Source: Reclinomonas americana ATCC 50394 (lineage: Eukaryota). From it: a stretch of DNA of 20,000 bases. A program made the translations under genes and the position numbers. How positions within the stretch are numbered: the stretch's first letter is position 1; each line of letters opens with the position of its first letter. The stretch lies in NCBI GenBank assembly GCA_048213135.1, contig PS015033.1, forward strand, positions 46,432 through 66,431, in the 5' to 3' direction. The notes under the pieces were generated by a model, which saw only the letters and a program-made list of their open reading frames with translations, had not been told where the DNA came from and did not search any database. Of the stretch, positions 1 through 8,755 are shown piece by piece.

Positions 1-3000
1 ATTCCTCGGTCTCTCGCCGCAGCTCTGTTGCGTGTCTCTCGCTTGAAGTGCCAAGTCAGTCTCTGTCTCACAGTGACGCACGCATGTGCACGCAGGGCTG
101 CTGTACATCAACATCGCGTTGTACGCGATTGCCTTTCAGTTTCGCGCTCACTCTCTCTCTCTCTCTCTTCCTCCTCCTCCTTCTTGCTCTTCCTGTTGTT
201 GTTGTTCTCTCTCTCTTCTTCTCCTCTTCGTTCTCCTGTGTCTCCTTGTCTTCATCTTCTTCATCTTCTTCTTCTTCTGATACTCTTTCATTTACTCACT
301 CCTCTCCTCTCCTCCTCCCTCTTTCTCCCTCTCTCTTTCTCCCTCTCTCTTCTTCTTCTCCCCCTCCTCTCTCTCTCTCTCTCTCATATTCCTCGTTCGC
401 AGGATGCAAATGCCTCTCTTACCGCACTTGTCCAAGCAACTCGGCGCCGACACCAGCGACTATGCGTACATGCAAACCGCCTTTGCGGTGGTGCAGTCTG
501 TGGGTGGAGTGCTGGCGGGACCGCTGATGGATCGCTTTGGGCCGAAGATTGTCGTTGAGTGGCGAGAGGGAAGGAGGGAGGGAGGGAGAGAAGGCGACTT
601 GACAATGAGAGCTCCATGCCCTCTTCGGCATGTTTCCTGCTGCCGATTGGTACAGTGGAGCATGCTTGGGGTTGTCTTCGCCCTTTCTGTTCGAGGCACC
701 TCTCTGCAGTGAGAAAGACTCTCAAGACGAGAGTCTGAACGTCTGTCTTGGTTGTCTCAGTCTCCACTGTTCAAGGCACCTCTCTGCAGTGAGAGAGAAA
801 CTCGATCTGGTCCTGCTACCTGCACCACTGTGACCAACAACTCGAGAGTGCCTTTGTTGTCTTTAGTCTCCGCAATGAGAAAGACCAGAGTCTGGCACGT
901 CTTTCTTGGTTGTCTCCACTCTCCGATGAGCTCTTTCTGTCTGTGTCGCCTCTCTGCAGTGAGAGAGAAACTCGATCTGCTCCTGCTTCCTGCGCCACTG
1001 TGGCCAACAAGCCGAGAGTGCCTTTGTTGTCTCGAGTCTCTTTAGATGTGCATTTTCTGTCGAGGCATGTGAAAGACCTTCAAGACTGGAGTTTGGCACG
1101 TCTTTCTTGGTTGTCTCCACTTTCCAACGTGCTCTTCTGTTCGTGTAACTTCTCTGCTGTGAGAGAGAACCTGTCATGTGGACTCCAGTGCCTTCGATAT
1201 GAAGTCAGTTCTGCATGCACTCAACCACTGAGGGAACATCTCTCTTTGTCGTGAGCACGTGCAGACCATCCTGTGCCACCAGCCAATCACATTGTTTCCT
1301 TTGCGTGCTGCCAGAGCACTACTTTCTAATCATCCCTCTCGCAGCTCCTGATGTCTTTCGGCTCAAGCGCCCTGTGCTACATGCTCACGGCCATGGCATC
1401 GTCAATGGTTCAGTCAACCCGCTCTCTCTTCCCCGTCGTCAATTTATTTCGCTGACAACCCTCTTCCCCTTCCGTCTTCCGTCCTCCTGCCTTCCGTCTT
1501 CCCCCTTCCCCTTCCCCCACTCTGTCTTCCCCCCTTTCCGTCTTCCCCCCTTTCCGTCTTGCCCCCTTCCGTCTTAACCCCGTCCTCTTCTCCCTCCCCT
1601 TTGCCCTCTTCCGTCCTCCTCCCTTCCGTCCTCCTCCCTTCCCCCTCCCCCTTCTCTTCCCACCTTTACCCCTTCCCCTTTTTCTCCCCCCTTTCCCTCC
1701 CCAGACCTGGCTGGTCCTCTCGCGCCTGCCAACACTCTTCCAGCACAGCTTCCTGGCCGGCAACGCACTGGTCACACTGCTCTCCGACGACAAGAACCGT
1801 GCCAGGCTGCTCGGCTACGTCGGTCTCGCCTACGGTATGCACCAACCGTCTCACTCCTCCCCTCCGTATTCTCATCGCCGTCTCTCCACGCACAGGTGTC
1901 GGCTTTGCTGTCGGTGTGTCTTTCACATGCGTCCCTCTTTGTGCAACTCGAAGCCTCACCACCCCCTTCTCATCACCAGGTCCGGCGATTGGCGGTATTC
2001 TGAGTGACATTTCGCTGCAGTTTGCGGCCTGGGTTTCGTCGGTGCTCTCCCTCGTGTCCATGGTGTGGATGACCGTGTCCATGGTCAACCCGGTGCCGGT
2101 GGCGCTCGCCACCCCCGGCAGCTCCTCATCGTTGCGCCCTTGGTCTTCAATGTCTACCGCACGCAGATTCTACATTGCTTACTCTCTCGCGCTTGCAGAC
2201 AAGAGATGCAGCCACTCACGGCGGGCGAGACCGATCAGGAAGTCGACGATGTCGCCAACGACCCGCCCAAGGCTTCCGCCACGAGCACTGGCGGTCGCCT
2301 CTCCGACATTCTGCGAGTGATGCGAACTGGCAATGTGCCGTCGCTACTCATCATCAAGATTGTCGTCGGGTACGTCTGTTATTGTGTCTCCCTTCTGCAC
2401 TGCTTGCCTAACTTACCGACCGTGCAGGTTTGCCACGGCACTCTTCCACTCCATTATGTCCATGGTGCTGGCTGTCGAGCCCTTCTCGCTCGGACCTCGT
2501 GAAACCGGTGCGTTGCGGACGTTGACGAGAGGCGTGTGCTGTCTTTGCTGACAATGTTTTGCAGGTTACTTGATGTCGTATGTGGGAGTGTTGGCTGGTA
2601 AGCTCTTCTTGTGTTCTCATTTCCCCTCTTCTTAACGGTTGTTGCATCGATGCATGATCCGTCGCCTTCTTTTTGTTCTTCTTCAATTTTTCTGTGATTA
2701 CCACTCACTGAAGCTCGTTGGGTGGTCAGCGGTGACACAGGGACTGGTGATTGGCTGGGCGACACGCCGATTCTCATTCAACAACATTGTCCGCGTGTGC
2801 ATCTTGGCACTGGCTGGCGCATGTTGCGTCTCATGTCTCGCGAGAGTTGAGACGAGATTATCGACGACTCATTCGCGGGATTGTGTGTAGACTTTGGACT
2901 CATCTACGCCACTAACGTGTGGTTCCTCGTCCTCGATATTATTCCCATGGTCATTGCCGGTTCGCTGTTGGCCAACGCCATCACAACACTGGTACGTGAA

Positions 3001-3399
3001 AGAGAGAGAGAGAGGGATGCGAAGCGGTCACTTCGCTCATTGTGCTCCTGCAGATGACCCTGAATGTTCCCAAGTCCAACGCTGGCACCGTGTCGGGCGT
3101 CGATATGGGGTCTCTATTGTCTCTCTTCGCCCCAACTTTAATCACATCTGACTCACCTTCTCTCGTCTCGCAGCATTTCGTCGGGCGTGCGCGTGTTCTC
3201 CCCAGCCGCCGGTGGCCTCATCCTCAGATACTTTGGCTTCTCGTACGTCGGCGGCATTTGCTCCATGCTCTCCCTCGCCACTTTCGCTCTGCTACAAGGT
3301 ACGGATGATGCCAGCTCCTCTGCCTTCCTCGCCATCTCCTCACACACTGGTACAGGTGGCGTGCTCAAGGTGGAGGCCACCGTCACGAAATCCGAATGA
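1..3399 (+). CDS. MFS transporter, SLC22A18-like (DHA1/tetracycline-efflux-type); 5' end outside window; 14 introns in window
   Basis: Frame-consistent exons <1-26, 96-138, 403-553, 1345-1407, 1705-1834, 1896-1913, 1980-2130, 2199-2369, 2428-2507, 2565-2597, 2730-2822, 2891-2991, 3054-3109, 3174-3298, 3356-3399. Translation ..LWLLYINIALYAIAFQMQMPLLPHLSKQLGADTSDYAYMQTAFAVVQSVGGVLAGPLMDRFGPKIVLLMS.. carries MFS motif A (GPLMDRFGPK), later RARLLGYVGLAYGVGFAVGPAIGGIL (motif-C-like) and multiple hydrophobic segments. SLC22A18 likeness is from recalled family sequence, not a search. Confidence 0.88.
690..1175 (+). repeat. Degenerate ~170-bp tandem repeat inside MFS intron 3
   Basis: CCTCTCTGCAGTGAGAGAGAAACTCGATCTG..GAGAGTGCCTTTGTTGTCT at ~780-860 and ~950-1030, with partial copies at ~700 and ~1150. 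Confidence 0.8.
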
Positions 3400-3477
3400 T
3401 AGATACGCACACACGCGCAGAAACGAGTCCGACGAACAGCAGCGGCTCATTACATGGATTCTTGTTCTCTTTTTTTG

Positions 3478-4951
3478 TTAAAAAAGCTTGAGCTTTCCTG
3501 TTACTGCGTCGATACGGCTCTTGTAGTCTGCGGAGGGATGATATGTCAAGGCAGAAAGCGAGGTGTGAAGATAGGGCGAGGAAAAGAGACGAACCAGGCC
3601 CGAATGCCACACTGCATGCACAGAATGATGAGTCTCTCGTGTGCATACTGATAAAACATAAGCAAACACAACGCACCACGTCAACGATCCCGATTCAACC
3701 TGCGACAATGGGAAAGAATGGGTGAGCTGTTGTATATTTCGAAGGGAGCACGGTGTCGGCATCTCACCTGCGTACGACCGGCATCGAAAATGGGGCACGC
3801 ACTCACTCCAGACCGCTCAGCGGCACTGAACAGCGCCATTCTGGTTTGCCGCAACGCATGAGACTCTGACGAGGATCGAGAAAAGGAAAGAACCGACATG
3901 AAACACGCAACAGTGTGCCCGCATTCCTCGTCCGCAACACGATGATTGGCTCGCCATTGACCTCCCAGTGCGACCGCAACAGTGCATTCGCTGCCTTGGC
4001 GCCACCCAACGCCGCATGACAGCACTGCGACGAAATCTTGCCCGTCGACTGCGTGCACAAAGAATGAGCACAGCACGACATAACATGCAAGCACAGGTCG
4101 ACGCTCACCATTTTCAAGTCTTCGCGCACAACGATAATCATCCGCACCTCGCCAGAACGCGGATCGTCGCCCTCACCCGCAGCCGGCGGCGGTGGTGGCG
4201 CCGCACCAGCCATCATCGACAACAACTGCGCGGTCAACGAGTCGAATCCTACTGCCCCGAATGGACAAGTCTGAGACAGAAGAAGAGAACAAACAAAGAA
4301 AGTATGAAAGGAAGTGAAAGAAAAGGAGAGAGAACGAAAGAGAGATAGAGAAAGAGAGAAAAAGAAGAGAGAAGGGCAGAGACAGATAGACAGACAGACA
4401 GAGAGAGAGAGAGAAGGGCAGAGAGAGAGAGAGAGCGAGAGAGAAAGATAGAAAGACATGGAGGCAAGAAGATGCCGCGAACCTCCAGGCGCCATGGATC
4501 CAGAAGCCGACGAGCCACCTGGTGGAGCTGGAGGAGGCCCAGAAGAGGCCTCGCCGGCAGGGGAAGCATGCTGCAACAAGTGACAAGCTCAGACAACTCG
4601 GGAAGGCCTCATTTGGTCATTCAGTCACTATCCGTTCTCAGTCTCTCTCCCTCAGCCCACTGTGCATGCTCCCATTGGTTTCTCTTCTCCCTTCATCTCT
4701 CAGACTCTTCCCTTGATCTCTGCTCCTCAGTCTCCCTTCGCCTCTCATTGCTGTGCTTCTACACTCTCTCTGTGCCTCTGTTGCTTTCTCTCTCTCTTCT
4801 CATTCTCTCAATGCCTGTCCCCTTTGCACCTTCTCTCCCTTCTCTCTCCCTCTCTCTCCCTCTCTCATTCCCCACCTGCATGAACTGCTCCTCATCCTCA
4901 TCCACCAGATCCTCCGCCAACGCCACCGCTGTTTGCATGCATGCAAGAGTG

Positions 4952-5033
<82 letters not shown>

Positions 5034-5248
5034 GTACGTACACGTACCGTACGTACCGTACGTACGTACCGTACGTCCGTACCGTACCGTACCGTACCGT
5101 ACCGTACCGTACCGTACCGTACCGTACCGTACCGTANNNNNNNNNNNNNNNNNNNNCCGTACCGTACCGTACCGTACCGTACGTACGTACGTACGTACGT
5201 ACGTACGTACGTACGTACGTACGTACGTACGACGACGACGACGACGAG

Positions 5249-5324
<76 letters not shown>

Positions 5325-5527
5325 ATCACTATCGCACCTTCCTCCACTGTGCTGGCCACAGTCGCCAACGCCTCAGACTTGGTTTGCGAAAAGCCCAACG
5401 CGATCAGCTCATTGTAAACCTCCACGCTCCTGTGTTATAACAATGAGACACAAGAGAGAGTGAGACTCTGCCTCTCTCACACACACACTGACCCACAGAA
5501 TGTCGACGAAGGCGGTGCTGATGCCAT
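3478..5527 (-). CDS. PTH2: Peptidyl-tRNA hydrolase 2 family protein with N-terminal UBA-like domain (~236 aa, 10 exons)
   Basis: Exons 5527-5493, 5429-5338, 4928-4876, 4570-4483, 4251-4109, 4048-3912, 3840-3768, 3699-3677, 3611-3595, 3527-3478. Hallmark motifs RMIIVVREDLKMSTGKISSQCCHAA, IIVLR, DAGRTQVESGSLTCVAFGP and IDAVTGKLKLF*. N-terminal exons are less certain than the PTH2 domain. Confidence 0.92.
4955..5322. repeat. Compound microsatellite (GA)n-(GTAC)n-(GTACC)n-gap-(GTACC)n-(GTAC)n-(GAC)n-(GA)n in PTH2 intron 2
   Basis: Read directly; N gap at 5137-5156. Confidence 0.95.
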
Positions 5528-5552
5528 GCTTTCTCTCTCAATCTTTCTTTTA

Positions 5553-6630
5553 TCAATCAGATGACAGTGACTCATCACTGCTCGGAGGTGACACTGGTCG
5601 CGTCTTGTTGCCCGATCGCGTCTTTGGTGGACTGCCACTGGCCATCGGCTTCTCCTTCTTCTTACTCGTCGTCTTCGTCTTCGCCTTTGTCGGTTTCTTC
5701 TTCGTCTTCTTCGTTGATGGTGGAGTTGTCTTGCGACGCTTGCGAGGTGGCGAGGCAGCGGCTGTTGTTGTCTCGGAGAAGACGGCGAAGCCTGATCCTT
5801 CAGAGTCCGAGTCGATGAGGTCTCTGGTCGACGTCGGTCGCTTCTGCTTCTTCTTCTTCTTCTTCGTTGCTGCTGCGTCTTCCTCCTCCTCCTCATCGTC
5901 GTCGTCCTCGTCGTCTGAGCCCAGCATGCCCTTGGCGCGTTGCTGCTCGAACCACTGCTGGTACTCCATCTCCACTTGCTCTGCAAGAGACTACAGGTCA
6001 GCAGGGAGTGGAAGACACAAGAGAGATGATGCCGTAACTGTTGCGTGCCGGCTGCTGCGCCGTGTCATCGTCCTCGTCACCACCGTCACTCTCGTCCTCG
6101 TCCTCGTCCTCGAATGTGTAATCAAAGTCGTACACTCGCTCACGCGCCTGCCGGCGAAGACGCTCGTCCACGTTCTCCTCCTCTCCTTCTTCCTCCTCAT
6201 CCGCAAAGTCGGACATGCTGCGTGTCGATGGAAACGCAGAGAGTGACGAGGTTGAGCCGTTGCGTTTTCGAGGAGGGCGAGGCGCGCGTGATGGGGCGCT
6301 GCTGCTGCCACGAGGGCGCGCACTGGAGCGCTGTGGGAAAGGTAAACAGAAATGGTCAGCAAAGGAGAGAGGGAAGGAGGGGAATAGGGAAAGGGCGAGC
6401 AAATGGGAGAGAGATGGGGGAGAGCAAGAGGGGGAGAGCGGGAGACCGAGAGTGAGAAGGTGGAGAGCGAGAGGGGAGAGCGAGAGGGGAGAGCGAGAGG
6501 GGAGAGCGAGAGGGGAGAGCGAGAGGGAGAGCGAGAGGGAGNNNNNNNNNNNNNNNNNNNNGTGGGGAGAGCGAGTGGGGAGAGCGAGTGGGGAGAGCGA
6601 GTGGGGGAGAGCGAGAGAGCGGGAGAGAGC

Positions 6631-6662
<32 letters not shown>

Positions 6663-8474
6663 GAGAGAAGAGCAAGAGAGAGCCATGAACTGCATGTCGC
6701 ACCGTGTTCTTCTTCAGCAGTCGGAAGAATGCACCCGCTCGCAGTCGACACAGCGTCGACTTATTCTCGGTGTGGCTGTACTCCAAGCGTGAACGACGGA
6801 ACTCCTGCAGCAGTGTTGAGTGCACTCTCTCGCGCACGCAAAGCCCAGCGCAACACACCTTGCCCTCGGCTTGCAATACATCCGAAATCGCCTTGGAAAA
6901 CACCGTGCCCGTGTCACCCAGGTCAGCCGCGGCACGCTGGCCCACCGTCTCCACCGCTGTGCGAGCAAGGAGATTTCAGTTCAAGCACCAATTTCACACT
7001 CAATCATGCTGACGATGACGCAACGCTGCGCCGCCAAGTGCCTCTTGGCCAACTCGTACGCCTCCGACGCATTCAACACCTGGCGCGGATCGAACAGGTC
7101 GCCACCGCACAACGCCTCCGAACCACGCAGTCGCGCACCGTCGCCCAGCAAGCAACCAATGGGCACCAGTGGATTCCGTTCGCTGATCACGGTGCGCGCG
7201 GCGAGCAGTGCATCGACCACCGACTCGGACGGCTGCTCGAACACGGGAGTCGTCGCGCCGAGAAGGACTCGTGGTGTCTCCTGTGGGTGTGACCAGAGAA
7301 GAGTCTGAGAGAGTGCGACATAGAGAACAAGGAGAAGGCGATGACAGGGAGAAGTGATCAAGTGAAGAGGCTGAATCCGATCCCACCTCGTACACGTACC
7401 TCCAATCCACCAAACGTGCGTACGCGGACCGCGGCCTCGTATTCCGGTGAAATGGTGCTGGATGGAGGCAATTGCGGTGGCGGTGGTGGTGGAGGAGGAG
7501 CCTCGACTGCTGCCGCCGCTGCTGCAGCCGCCGCCGCCACCGCCTGCCCCGCGTTCCGCTTCTCCTTCATACGCCGCCACTGCTCCAGTTGCGCCTCGTT
7601 CAGCAGCTGCTCGGCCGCCGGCTCCGGCAACTCCCGGCCCTTCTCCAAACACACTTGCACGAGCGGATGCGGTGGCATGCGCTGCGGTTCCGCCTGCACG
7701 AATCGCTCACCGCGTCGCTCCAGCTCCCTCACGAATACCTTGGATCGCGGATCACACAGTGCGCGCCACACGCGCAGCGCGTCCAGCATGCGTCGCTGCA
7801 TGAGCACCCGTCCCAATCGCTGCAGCTCCTGACTCAGCTCCACCGACACTGGAATGCGCAGTGGCGGCACCGACTGCTGCCCGACAAAGAACGCATAGAG
7901 GGCGTACAGAGCGCCGACTTTGACGCGCAGGTCGGCACTGATGCTCAGAAAGGCGGTGCATGTGTTGAACAGCTCGAACACGAATTGTCGGTCGTCCACG
8001 TTGTCGAGGGAGCTCACGTAGGGCATGAGGATGCCCATGTGGTGCTCACGCCACAGTCGTTTGAAGGTGGTGAAGGAGCAGTCGCCCTCCTGAGAAAAGG
8101 GAGAGGGGAGGAAGGGGGAAGGAAGGAGAAGGGTGAGGAGAAGGGGAAGGAGAAGGGGTGTGGAGAAGGGGGTGAGGAGGGGAAGGAGAAGGGTGAGGAG
8201 AAGGGGGAGAAGGGGAAGGGGGGAGAGGAAGGGGGAAGAGAAAGGGGAAGAGAAAGGGGGAAGAGAAGGGTAAAGAGAAGAGGGAAGAGTGGGGAAGAGA
8301 AGGGAAGGAGAAGGGGAAAGAGAAGGGGGAAGGAGAAGGGGGAAGACAAGGGGGAAGGAGAAGGGAGAAGAGGAAGGGGAAGAGAAGGGGGAAGAGGAAG
8401 GGGAAGAGGAAGAAGAAGAACATGGAAAAATGAGAGCAAATGAGTGATGAGAATGCAGAGTTGTCAGATGCAAT

Positions 8475-8527
<53 letters not shown>

Positions 8528-8679
8528 TTGTGTGTGAGTGAGAGAGAGAGAGAGCNNNNNNNNNNNNNNNNNNNNGAGACCTGTTCAAACTTGAGCAACA
8601 ACGTGCGAATATCCTTGACATGCGCCGGCACTCTTGCATCGTTAAAGTACGCGCGGAAGTTGATGCGCTCATCGCTCAT
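5553..8679 (-). CDS. SNAPC1: snRNA-activating protein complex subunit 1 (SNAP43-like), ~662 aa with acidic and Lys-rich low-complexity tail
   Basis: Exons 8679-8581, 8089-7400, 7304-7025, 6956-6859, 6804-6703, 6330-6039, 5980-5553, all in phase. N-terminus DIRTLLLKFEQEGDCSFTTFKRLWREHHM..LRVKVGALYALYAFFVGQ..LRIPV fits the SNAP43 pattern (D-I-x2-LL-x2-F, F-x2-F-x3-W, R-x2-VGALY-x-LY-x5-Q). C-terminal KKKK and RKRRK stretches are NLS-like. Confidence 0.8.
8092..8420. repeat. Polypurine/polypyrimidine tract in SNAPC1 intron 1
   Basis: About 330 nt of almost only G/A on the + strand with many GGG/GGGG runs. Confidence 0.9.
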
Positions 8680-8755
8680 TCCACCACACAAGACAAACAA
8701 AGAAGAGTTTTACATAAATTGTACACTTATGTTACAAAATGCACAAACAGAGGTG

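Noticed and set aside
690-1175. CRISPR-like repeat-spacer appearance
   Set aside because: Units are degenerate, the intervening sequences are homologous to each other, the context is a eukaryotic intron and no cas genes are present.
27-7024. Reading the shifted donors as non-canonical G|TT introns
   Set aside because: Keeping frame would also require moving each acceptor off its AG; GT-AG with a shifted consensus is simpler, though only RNA-seq can exclude the alternative.
5553-8679. Functional link between SNAPC1 (snRNA transcription) and the unusual donor class
   Set aside because: Proximity only; the donor class also occurs in unrelated neighbouring genes.
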